In this document: positions 10,767 to 21,386 of the stretch, in pieces
Position numbering within the stretch: the first letter of the stretch is position 1
How the letters are laid out: every line of letters begins with the position of its first letter
Assembly (NCBI GenBank): GCA_002269645.1
Contig: NIVC01000033.1
Span: 671,335-735,334 of the forward strand
DNA: 64,000 bases
Source of the DNA: Macrostomum lignano
Lineage: Eukaryota
Direction of reading: 5' to 3'
Made by a program: the position numbers and the translations under genes
Notes under the pieces: generated by a model
The model's input: the letters and a program-made list of their open reading frames with translations, nothing else
What the model was told of the DNA's origin: nothing
Database searches by the model: none

Positions 10767-13700
10767 AGATGGCAGCAATGTTGGGGTCAGTCGTCTAGAA
10801 GTAGGTGCCAAGATAGTAGAAGTAGTAGACAAGACCTTTCTAAAATGTTGAAGTTATATATAGGACATTTAAAATCTATTGACTTGCATTGCATAGCCAT
10901 AGATATAGTGGTGCTTATCTATCTTAGTCACCTTATACAAGTTGCATTTAGTAGAGATCAGTTTATGCATCATAAAGTCCAAAATGGCATTATACATTAG
11001 GTGCAATGATGCCATGTGACATAATTTGCAGTGAAAATCTCAAGCCTTAACTCATGCCTATGCCCAATTGAATGCTAAATTTCAGAATAATAAAATAGAA
11101 AGAGAATACTTACTTGCCAACACAACCAATCCATGACTTGCCATTTTCGTCATTGTACATGACAAATGCACCTTTCTTGATTTTCCTACTTTCATTTTCT
11201 GACCCTGGAATGATTTGCAAATCCTCTTTAAACACATAATGGCATTCACCTTCAGTTTGGTCCTACCAGTAAACTAAAACTCGTGTTTTATGGCGATGAG
11301 CCATTGTTTTATCCTATTAGGATCGAATTGCTTCACAATTAGGTACTAGCCTGTAGGCCTAGTGTTCATGTTCTAGATAAAATCTGCAAGTGAAAACTTG
11401 TCTACCAAATGGCAGCAAATAAGAATAAACGAAAGAAATTTTAATTTAAAAAATTTTAGGTCAGTCTTTTCTAGCTAATCTGATAGTTCTCATTAGAACA
11501 AATGTTGGATAAAGATTTTTAATTTAACTGATTGGTCTTCATCCAGAGAAAATGAACTTTTTCTTTAATATATAATATTCTTTTTTTCCAAAAGCTTATT
11601 CGGTCACACTGTTTGTATTTGTCGCTACCACTATTTAATTTTCTTAATATCTAATTATCTACTTATTGTAGATAAGATTAATATATAATTGTAATTGATG
11701 TCATCGCTTTGCTTTATCTGGTTCTAACTGATTTGAAAAAAAAATTAAACGGTAATGAATTTATAAGGTTGTGGTTAAGATTAAAGAAAAGATTAAATGA
11801 GCAACCTGTCAGAACCATTTTAGTGCCTAAATATTAAGGCTTAATGCAGTTCGAAATCGAAATGAAACTTTTTTCTTTTTATGAAGAACTAGTACACACA
11901 GTTACGCACATAGGGTCAGTGGGCAGTGGGGCATACATTCTTGTAATTTATATTAGTCTAGTCGAATATGCAGCTATATCTAAATTCACTGAATCCACTA
12001 TAAATTCTAGTTGTCACTCTGTGGTATTAACTAAATTTGTATTGTGATAGCTTATTTAATTCTATAGTTTTAGACTAAAATAATAAAACTATATTAAACT
12101 TTGAATATTACTTGAATATTAAATTTCAAGAACTATATTTAAAACTAATATTAAACTTAAATTTTATATTACTTTGAATATTAAACTTTGAAACTATATT
12201 AAACTTTATACTTTGAATAATTTGGAAAGAATGTCTATAGTTTTAGACTAAAACTATAGAATTAAATAAGCTATCACAATACAAATTTTGTTTGGATTTT
12301 ATTGTTTTGATTAAGCAAACATGGAAGAAACCATTCTGCCAATTTGGTATATATATAACTGCAATTACTACTGCATATATTGCATTTCATTTTGTAAATT
12401 AAACTGATATAAAATCAAGTACAAGTTTCAGTTACCGGAATTTACCCAATTCCGGTAAATTAATGCCTTTCTGTACTTTGATGCCTGTAATCTGGTGCTC
12501 ATCTTTAATTTGAAGACAGAAGCTAAAAATTCCTATATCTTTTGAATAAAATGCAACTATGATCTTAAATTACAGTAGGTGATAGATCTATAGCAGTAGG
12601 CACGATCAAAGGGGTTTTCAAAAATCTGTAATTTAAAGCCTTTCTGTGATCTAATGTGCACCTGTAATTTTATGCTAAACTCCTGTAACCCTGCGCCAAT
12701 CTGTAACGATTTGGAAAGGATGGGGCCTACATTGGAATCTCGGCTTGGCTCTGCTCGTGCAATTAACACCATTAAAGGCCAACCTCCAAGGCACGGTGAA
12801 GTGTACATGCATAAACAGAAATAAACTCAGAGCCGCTGTACACTCCCGTGTGAGTGTGTGCCTGCTCAAGGAAGTCGATGAAATAGGCAGCAATGCCTCT
12901 CGCCGGTTGTGTGGCAATATTGTTTGAAGTGCGCCAGGGTGCGCACAGCCGCTGCCTCTAAAAGTAGTATTAGGAGAGCTCAACACTCTGAATTTATGCC
13001 CACTTTCCTAAGATTTTCTTTCTATTCAAAAAAATGGGGAAACCATCTTCGAAAAACTTGATCAGTTGTTAGAACTTACTGTATTTTGCACTGCTTGCGG
13101 CTAATTTCCTTTCTCGTCCCCCTTTCATTCCCGTCACTCCCTTCTCTTTCCCTCCACTCTCTTCACTTTTCCGTCACTCCCTTGTCTTTCCCTCCACTCT
13201 CTTCCCTTTTCCGTCACTCCCTTGTCTTTCCCTCTACTCTCTTCCCTTTTCCGTCACTCCCTTGTCTTTCCCTCTACTCTCTTCCCTTTTCCGTCACTCC
13301 CTCCCTTTCCCTCCACTCTCTTCACTTTTCCGTCACTCCCTTGTCTTTCCCTCCACTCTCTTCCCTTTTCCGTCACTCCCTTGTCTTTCCCTCTACTCTC
13401 TTCCCTTTTCCGTCACTCCCTTGTCTTTCCCTCCACTCTCTTCCCTTTTCCGTCACTCCCTCCCTTTCCCTCCACTCTCTTCACTTTTCCGTCACTCCCT
13501 TGTCTTTCCCTCCACTCTCTTCCCTTTTCCGTCACTCCCTTGTCTTTCCCTCTACTCTCTTCCCTTTTCCGTCACTCCCTTGTCTTTCCCTCTACTCTCT
13601 TCCCTTTTCCGTCACTCCCTCCCTTTCCCTCCACTCTCTTCACTTTTCCGTCACTCCCTTGTCTTTCCCTCTACTCTCTTCCCTTTTCCGTCACTCCCTT

Positions 13701-16700
13701 GTCTTTCCCTCTACTCTCTTCACTTTTCCGTCACTCCCTCCCTTTCCCTCCACTCTCTTCACTTTTCCGTCACTCCCTTGTCTTTCCCTCTACTCTCTTT
13801 CCTTTTCCGTCACTCCCTCCCTTTCCCTCCACTCTCTTCACTTTTCCGTCACTCCTTTCGTTTTCCCTCCACTCTCTTCACTTTTCCGTCACTCCCTACC
13901 TTTCCCTCCACTCTCTTCCCTTTTCCGTCACTCCCTTGTCTTTCCCTCTACTCTCTTCCCTTTTCCGTCACTCCCTCCCTTTCCCTCCACTCTCTTTCCC
14001 TTTCCCGTCACTCTTTCCTGTCCCATCATTCAATTTTAGCAGTTCTCAAACCTTACTCTGTGCACCTGAACTCTATCATTGCGCAGAAAACTACCTGGAG
14101 AAGCCGCTGCCATCGGACATTTACTGGATGTACGCCCTGCAGCTGGGATTTTATCTGCACTCCGTCTACGCAACACTGTTCATGGACGCCTGGCGCAAGG
14201 ACTCCATCATGATGCTGTTCCATCACGGCCTGACCATCTTTCTACTTGAGTTCTCTCTGCTAATGAAGTGAGCAATGAGACAGTTGGGAGTTTGGTCTGC
14301 TGCATTTAAACCAATGCCACTCAATTTACTCAACTTACGAATTTTCAGGTACTACAAAACCGGGGCGCTGGTGCTGTTCCTGCACGATCTGAGCGATATA
14401 ATTCTGGAGTTCACCAAGATCAACGTGTACCTGAAGGACAGGGGCAAAAAGTTTTTCCTATTGAATGAGTGGCTCGCCAACATTGGATTCGTTATCTTCG
14501 CCTTTAGCTGGTTAGTTTTATCAGCTAGCGTGTGCGCTAGCCTATGGAGTTGCTCTACACTGTTCTTAGAGTTCCAGAGAGCCTGACTCAGATTGGAGAG
14601 TTCTAGGTGTGCCTGACTCAACATGGAGAGTTCCAGGTGTGCCTGACTCAATATCGAGAGTTCCAGGTGTGCCTGACTCAATATGGAGAGTTCCAGGTGT
14701 GCCTGACTCAACATGGAGAGTTCCAGGTGTGCCTGACTCAATATCGAGAGTTCCAGGTGTGCCAGACTTAACCTGGAGAGTTCCAGATGTGTCTGACTCA
14801 ATATGGAGAGTTCCAGGTGTGCCTGACTCAACATGGAGAGTTCCAGGTGTGTCTGACTCAATCTGGAGAGTTCCAGGTGTGCCTGACTCAACATGGAGAG
14901 TTCCAGGTGTGTCTGACTCAATATTGAGAGTTCCAGGTGTGTCTGACTCAACATGGAGAGTTCCAGGTGTGTCTGACTCAATATCGAGAGTTCCAGGTGT
15001 GTCTGACTCAACATCGAGAGTTCCAGGTGTGTCTGACTCAACATCGAGAGTTCCAGGTGTGTCTGACTTAACCTGGAGAGTTCCAGATGTGTCTGACTCA
15101 ATATGGAGAGTTCCAGGTGTGCCTGACTCAATATGGAGAGTTCCAGGTGTGCCTGACTCAACATGGAGAGTTCCAGGTGTGCCTGACTCAATATCGAGAG
15201 TTCCAGGTGTGCCTGACTCAATATGGAGAGTTCCAGGTGTGCCTGACTCAACATGGAGAGTTCCAGGTGTGCCTGACTCAATATCGAGAGTTCCAGGTGT
15301 GCCAGACTTAACCTGGAGAGTTCCAGATGTGTCTGACTCAATATGGAGAGTTCCAGGTGTGCCTGACTCAACATGGAGAGTTCCAGGTGTGTCTGACTCA
15401 ATCTGGAGAGTTCCAGGTGTGCCTGACTCAACATGGAGAGTTCCAGGTGTGTCTGACTCAATATTGAGAGTTCCAGGTGTGTCTGACTCAACATGGAGAG
15501 TTCCAGGTGTGTCTGACTCAATATCGAGAGTTCCAGGTGTGTCTGACTCAACATCGAGAGTTCCAGGTGTGTCTGACTCAACATCGAGAGTTCCAGGTGT
15601 GTCTGACTTAACCTGGAGAGTTCCAGATGTGTCTGACTCAATATGGAGAGTTCCAGGTGTGCCTGACTTAACCTGGAGAGTTCCAGGTGTGCCTGACTCG
15701 ATATGGAGAGTTCCAGGTGTGTCTGACTCAATCTGGAGAGTTCCAGGTGTGCTTGGCTCAATCTGGAGAGTTCCAGGTGTGCTTGACTCAATCTGGAGAG
15801 TTCCAGGTGTGCTTGACTCAATCTGGAGAGTTCCAGGTGTGCCTGACTCAATCTGGAGAGTTCCAGGTGTGCTTGACTTAATCTGGAGAGTTCCAGGTGT
15901 GCCTGACTCAATCTAGAGAGTTCCAGGTGTGTCTGACTCAATCTGGAGAGTTCCAGGTGTGCTTGACTCAACATGGAGAGTTCCAGGTGTGCTTGACTCA
16001 ATCTGGAGAGTTCCAGGTGTGTCTGACTCAATCTGGAGAGTTCCAGGTGTGCTTGACTCAATATCGAGAGTTCCAGGTGTGTCTGACTCAATCTGGAGAG
16101 TTCCAGGTGTGCCTGACTCAACATGGAGAGTTCCAGGTGTGCTTGACTCAATCTGGAGAGTTCCAGGTGTGCTTGACTCAATCTGGGGAGTTCCAGGTGT
16201 GCTTGGCTCAATCTGGGGAGTTCCAGGTGTGCGTGACTCAACATGGAGAGTTCCAGGTGTGTCTGACTCAATATTGAGAGTTCCAGGTGTGTCTGACTCA
16301 ACATGGAGAGTTCCAGGTGTGTCTGACTCAATATCGAGAGTTCCAGGTGTGTCTGACTCAACATCGAGAGTTCCAGGTGTGTCTGACTCAACATCGAGAG
16401 TTCCAGGTGTGTCTGACTTAACCTGGAGAGTTCCAGATGTGTCTGACTCAATATGGAGAGTTCCAGGTGTGCCTGACTCAATATGGAGAGTTCCAGGTGT
16501 GCCTGACTCAACATGGAGAGTTCCAGGTGTGCCTGACTCAATATCGAGAGTTCCAGGTGTGCCAGACTTAACCTGGAGAGTTCCAGATGTGTCTGACTCA
16601 ATATGGAGAGTTCCAGGTGTGCCTGACTCAACATGGAGAGTTCCAGGTGTGTCTGACTCAATCTGGAGAGTTCCAGGTGTGCCTGACTCAACATGGAGAG

Positions 16701-19169
16701 TTCCAGGTGTGTCTGACTCAATATTGAGAGTTCCAGGTGTGTCTGACTCAACATGGAGAGTTCCAGGTGTGTCTGACTCAATATCGAGAGTTCCAGGTGT
16801 GTCTGACTCAACATCGAGAGTTCCAGGTGTGTCTGACTCAACATCGAGAGTTCCAGGTGTGTCTGACTTAACCTGGAGAGTTCCAGATGTGTCTGACTCA
16901 ATATGGAGAGTTCCAGGTGTGCCTGACTTAACCTGGAGAGTTCCAGGTGTGCCTGACTCGATATGGAGAGTTCCAGGTGTGTCTGACTCAATCTGGAGAG
17001 TTCCAGGTGTGCTTGGCTCAATCTGGAGAGTTCCAGGTGTGCTTGACTCAATCTGGAGAGTTCCAGGTGTGCTTGACTCAATCTGGAGAGTTCCAGGTGT
17101 GCCTGACTCAATCTGGAGAGTTCCAGGTGTGCTTGACTTAATCTGGAGAGTTCCAGGTGTGCTTGACTCAATCTAGAGAGTTCCAGGTGTGTCTGACTCA
17201 ATCTGGAGAGTTCCAGGTGTGCTTGACTCAACATGGAGAGTTCCAGGTGTGCTTGACTCAATCTGGAGAGTTCCAGGTGTGTCTGACTCAATCTGGAGAG
17301 TTCCAGGTGTGCTTGACTCAATATCGAGAGTTCCAGGTGTGTCTGACTCAATCTGGAGAGTTCCAGGTGTGCCTGACTCAACATGGAGAGTTCCAGGTGT
17401 GCTTGACTCAATCTGGAGAGTTCCAGGTGTGTCTGACTTAATCTGGAGAGTTCCAGGTGTGCCTGACTCAACATGGAGAGTTCCAGGTGTGTCTGACTCA
17501 ATATCGAGAGTTCCAGGTGTGTCTGACTCAACATGGAGAGTTCCAGGTGTGCTTGACTCAATCTGGAGAGTTCCAGGTGTGTCTGACTCAATCTGGAGAG
17601 TTCCAGGTGTGCTTGACTCAATCTGGAGAGTTCCAGGTGTGTCTGACTCGATTCCGAGAGTTCCAGGTGTGCCTGACTCAGTTTGGAGTATTCCATGTTC
17701 GCTAGGCTGAACCGGTATTAAGAGTGTAGTTGCCTACTTGATAATATATATAAAAGGCGAAAATATCGGATACTACTGCTGACAGTAGGCTCGTTAACGC
17801 ACATGGTTACTGCTATTCATACACGGCTTTTTATTTTCTTTTAACAGGGCCTGGTTCCGTCTGTATTGGTTTCCGCTGAAGGTGCTGTACCCCTCCCATT
17901 GGAGCGTGTACCTGTACCATCAGGGCCGGGACCCTAAGATGTTCGTCTTCTTCAATTCGATGCTGTTCGCTTTGCAGATTCTCCACATCTACTGGTTTTA
18001 CGTGAGTCTCTGTTTACTACTTATGTGACGATTAGTGGCATATTTACATCCCTTTGTAGGCGTTTGATATGTACCCAATCAAATCACCTCCCTCCCTACT
18101 TTCTTCATCACCTCCCTCCCTACTTTCTTCATCACCTCCCTCCCTACTTTCTTCATCACCTCCCTCCCTACTACCTTGATCACCTCTCTCTACTCCCTTT
18201 ATCACCTCCCTCCCTACACCCTTCATCACCTTCCTACTCCCTTCATCACCCCTACTACCTTCATCACCTCCCTACTCCCTTCATCACCTTCCTACTCCCT
18301 TCATCACCCCTACTACCTTCATCACCTTCCTACTCCCTTCATCACCCCCTACTACCTTCATCACCCCTACTACCTTCATCACCTCCCTACTCCCTTCATC
18401 ACCTTCCTACTCCCTTCATCACCCCTACTACCTTCATCACCTTCCTACTCCCTTCATCACCTTCCTACTCCCTTCATCACCTTCCTACTCCCTTCATCAC
18501 CCCCTACTACCTTCATCACCTCCCTACTCCCTTTATCACTTTCCTACTCCCTTCATCACCCCTACTACCTTCATCACCTTCCTACTCCCTTCATCATCCC
18601 CTACTCCCTTCATCACCTCCCTACCTACACCCTTTGTCACCTTCCTACTCCCTTCATCATCCCCTACTCCATCACCTCCCTCCCTACACCCTTCATCACC
18701 TTCCTACTCCCTTCATCATCCCCTACTCCATCACCTCCCTCCCTACTCCCTTCATCACCCCCTACTACCTTCATCACCTCCCTACTACCTTCATCACCTC
18801 CCTACTCCCTTCATCATCCCCTACTCCCTTATTGCATACTCGTTTCATTATCTCTTGCTCTCTTCATCACTTACACACTTCATCACCTTTGTACTTGCCT
18901 CGCCATCTCCCAGCCCTATCACTCATCCGCTTCCCCCATCCCAATTTGCCTCCTATCGCCAGCTCCTCTCTCCCCGCCGCCCGCAGTTTATCGTCCTGCT
19001 GCTGGTTCGCGTTGCCACCGGCACGCAGCGCGAGATCGAAGACACTCGCGAATACGAGGAGGCCGAGCGCCACCGCCGGCTGAACGGCCACCAGGAGTCT
19101 CCGAGCGGCGATGACGCCAGCCAAGATGGCGCCGCAACGTCTATTCGGCACCGGACGAACAAAGACTAG
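2449..19169 (+). CDS. CERS1: Ceramide synthase, CerS1/Lag1-type (TLC domain, no Hox domain), 370 aa from 6 exons
   Basis: Exons 2449-2703, 4022-4199, 14087-14267, 14349-14510, 17848-18001 and 18987-19169. All are GT-AG with consistent phases (1113 nt). Lag1p motif RKDSIMMLFHHGLT...GALVLFLHDLSDIILEFTK; also KWPESIWKFIAY and WFRLYWFPLKVLY. Confidence 0.93.
2822..3480. repeat. Tandem repeat, ~16-bp unit ATCCCCATGCTTCACA (CerS1 intron 1)
   Basis: Directly visible periodicity. Confidence 0.9.
3560..3950. repeat. Pyrimidine-rich tandem repeat, ~24-bp unit CCCCCTGTCTCATTTCCTCCCGT
   Basis: Directly visible periodicity. Confidence 0.9.
4238..4735. repeat. Tandem repeat, 16-17-bp unit CCAGTCTCACCCTCTC (CerS1 intron 2, 5' end)
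   Basis: Directly visible periodicity. Confidence 0.9.
6459..8647 (-). CDS. Large terminal exon encoding two zinc fingers plus a tyrosine recombinase (Crypton-like) domain and a basic C-terminal repeat (725-aa ORF from ATG 8636)
   Basis: Zn fingers ICPF...QHLRESH and KCPDC...AHRVRFH. YR motifs in catalytic order: NASRP (R, 7383-7385), EHKT (K, 7296-7298), TAYRK (R, 7095-7097) and LCHKPNVARQSY (H 7020-7022, Y 6993-6995). Splice acceptor AG just upstream of 8647. Confidence 0.8.
6490..6830 (-). repeat. 75-bp coding tandem repeat (25-aa NPAKSRQAAAAKKRKAETAVDQAKA)
   Basis: GCTGGGTT recurs at 6601, 6676 and 6751. Confidence 0.9.
8520..10740. repeat. 444-bp tandem array (~5 units), each unit = 150-nt exon + 294-nt intron of the YR gene
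   Basis: Identical ATG context at 8636, 9080, 9524, 9968 and 10412. Confidence 0.95.
12033..12288. repeat. Perfect 41-bp inverted repeat (small foldback/MITE-like element)
   Basis: 12033-12073 AAATTTGTATTGTGATAGCTTATTTAATTCTATAGTTTTAG is the exact reverse complement of 12248-12288. Confidence 0.8.
13120..14020. repeat. Pyrimidine-rich tandem repeat, ~40-bp unit (CerS1 intron 2, 3' end)
   Basis: CCGTCACTCC recurs every 36-40 bp. Confidence 0.9.
14575..17695. repeat. 30-bp satellite (~100 units, GAGAGTTCCAGGTGTGCCTGACTCAATATG) in CerS1 intron 4, with higher-order structure
   Basis: Exact 30-bp period; the diagnostic variant GCCAGACTTA occurs at 14761, 15301 and 16561. Confidence 0.95.
18085..18830. 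repeat. CT-rich degenerate tandem repeat (~20 bp, CCTTCATCACCTTCCTACTC), CerS1 intron 5
   Basis: Directly visible periodicity. Confidence 0.85.
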
Positions 19170-19499
19170 TGCAATTGGTGCATGCTCGGGCTTGTGCTTT
19201 GTGCTATATTCTTGTTCTCTTAGGCACTGTCCGCTAGTTCACTGTTGGCGCTGTGCTGAATCACCGAGTTTCATCAACAAGAGAGAAACTTCCTTCTGGT
19301 TCGAATTGCTCCACTCCGCTTCCCGCTTCCAAATTAAAGCCTGCTTCCCTTGATTTATCGCTTATTTTTTGCTCTTATCTTTTGACTTGCTGCTTGCGTT
19401 TGTCCTAGCGAGCTTTGTTATTCTATTAACCAACTGTTGAATTGGCGGCCTGGGTCTTGGGGTTAATTGATTTTCTTGTTGTTATTTGCTTTTCTGCAG

Positions 19500-20275
19500 A
19501 GATTGCCCCTGAACTGAACCCCCGATCGCCCCTGAACTGAACCCCCGATCGCCCCTGAACTGAACCCCAGATCGCCCCTGAACTGAACCCCCGATCGCCC
19601 CTGAACTGAACCCCAGATCGCCCCTGAACTGAACCCCAGATCGCCCCTGAACTGAACCCCAGATCGCCCCTGAGCTGAACCCCGATCGCCCCTGAACTGA
19701 ACCCCAGATCGCCCCTGAACTGAACCCCAGATCGCCCCTGAGCTGAACCCCGATCGCCCCTGAACTGAACCCCCGATCGCCCCTGAACTGAACCCCAGAT
19801 CTCCCCTGAACTGAACCCCAGATCGCCCCTGAGCTGAACCCCGATCGCCCCTGAACTGAACCCCAGATCGCCCCTGAACTGAACCCCAGATCGCCCCTGA
19901 ACTGAACCCCAGATCGCCCCTGAGCTGAACCCCGATCGCCCCTGAACTGAACCCCAGATCGCCCCTGAACTGAACCCCGATCGCCCCTGAACTGAACCCC
20001 CGATCGCCCCTGAACTGAACCCCCGATCGCCCCTGAACTGAACCCCAGATCGCCCCTGAGCTGAACCCCAGATCGCCCCTGAACTGAACCCCAGATCGCC
20101 CCTGAGCTGAACCCCGATCGCCCCTGAACTGAACCCCAGATCGCCCCTGAACTGAACCCCAGATCGCCCCTGAACTGAACCCCGATCGCCCCTGAACTGA
20201 ACCCCCGATCGCCCCTGAACTGAACCCCCGATCGCCCCTGAACTGAACCCCAGATCGCCCCTGAGCTGAACCCGA
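19500..20275. repeat. Tandem repeat, 22-23-bp unit GATCGCCCCTGAACTGAACCCCA
   Basis: Directly visible periodicity. Confidence 0.9.
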
Positions 20276-21386
20276 GCTTGTCGGTGACTCACCACCGTTG
20301 ATAACCTGGCTTTGATCCTATCGGAAATCCAATCTGCAATTTTAGACGTTTTTAACGCAGCCCGATATTTTCCTACGCAGTATTTTGATATTTTAAATCT
20401 GCTTTCTGGCGCTTAGTTATTGAAATCGTAATTTTTCTTTCTTTTCTCTGTCTCGTTCAAATCGGTTATCGTAAGACTGTCCGAATTTCAATATACAGGT
20501 GTTTTTAAAACTGGAGTAATAATTCAGTTGGCTACTTATTGACGCGCTTTTCTCTATTCTATTCCTTGTTTACCCGGCGCAGGTTTAATGACGCCCATAC
20601 GCAGATGTGCATGGAGCAGGATGCAAAATGATTATGATCCTGTCTAATTGGGCTGAGAATCCTTGTATCTACGCTCGTATTAACAAGGATATTAATTATC
20701 GTTTCTATGCCGCGCTGGACTGTGCTCTGTTTAAGTTTTTAGGTATCGATTCGCACGCATCCTGTGCCAATTGGCAGTAAATTATTAACTATTTATTAAG
20801 TCTATTATTTTCGTATTAAGGTATAGCTTATTATTAATTGTATTTGTACACCGAAATTGTTAACTTGCTTAATGGTGCCAAAGCGATGGACAATTTTTGT
20901 TAGTTCTGACTAATAGCGGAAAAATTGCAACGTCTTTACGTCTTTTCGTCGTATTTTGCTTCGTTTCAAGTTTTGACGTTCTTCATTTTATAGCTAATTG
21001 CTAAATCACAAATCTTCACATTGGGATTGCAGCAATAAAACGTGTCTTAAATTATGCAATTTTTTTAAATATGGTGAAGATCAATTGTTGATTAAAAACA
21101 TACTGTGCAAATAAGAACAGACTCAATTCCATATACTAAACAGAGTTCTAAAACTTAACTTTAAACCACCATAAAGTAACAGGAATTTAGGAGTTGTTAA
21201 TCAAGCAAGTAGCAGAACGTTAACTACTTGTAATACCATACAAAGGCGTGACCCTAACTTGAACTGAATCATATGCATTATTCGAATGAAGGACTACTAG
21301 AAGCTACACAGTTGTACGAGCCTATAACACCGTTGCTCTAGAGGTTAGTGGTTGGAATTTCAAAGCCTTAGGCTCCATGAAGTAAT

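Larger units (their letters stand above)
6459..11304 (-). mobile_element. Spliced Crypton-like tyrosine-recombinase gene nested antisense in CerS1 intron 2 (7 exons, ~1033 codons, one in-frame TAG at codon 14)
   Basis: Exons 11304-11114, 10839-10718, 10423-10274, 9979-9830, 9535-9386, 9091-8942 and 8647-6459. All are GT-AG, and phases 2,1,1,1,1,1 join into one frame (3102 nt). Confidence 0.65.

Noticed and set aside
12432-12458. 10-bp-stem hairpin TTACCGGAAT-N7-ATTCCGGTAA as a Helitron 3' end
   Set aside because: No CTRR terminus at the expected distance on either strand
13086-14271. 300+ aa Pro/Ser/Leu/Phe ORFs
   Set aside because: Satellite translations; only 14087-14267 is a real CerS1 exon
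14352-17696. 1114-aa minus-strand ORF (LSQAHLELSR repeats) and overlapping plus-strand ORFs
   Set aside because: These are translations of a 30-bp satellite lying inside a CerS1 intron; a stop-free unit explains the length
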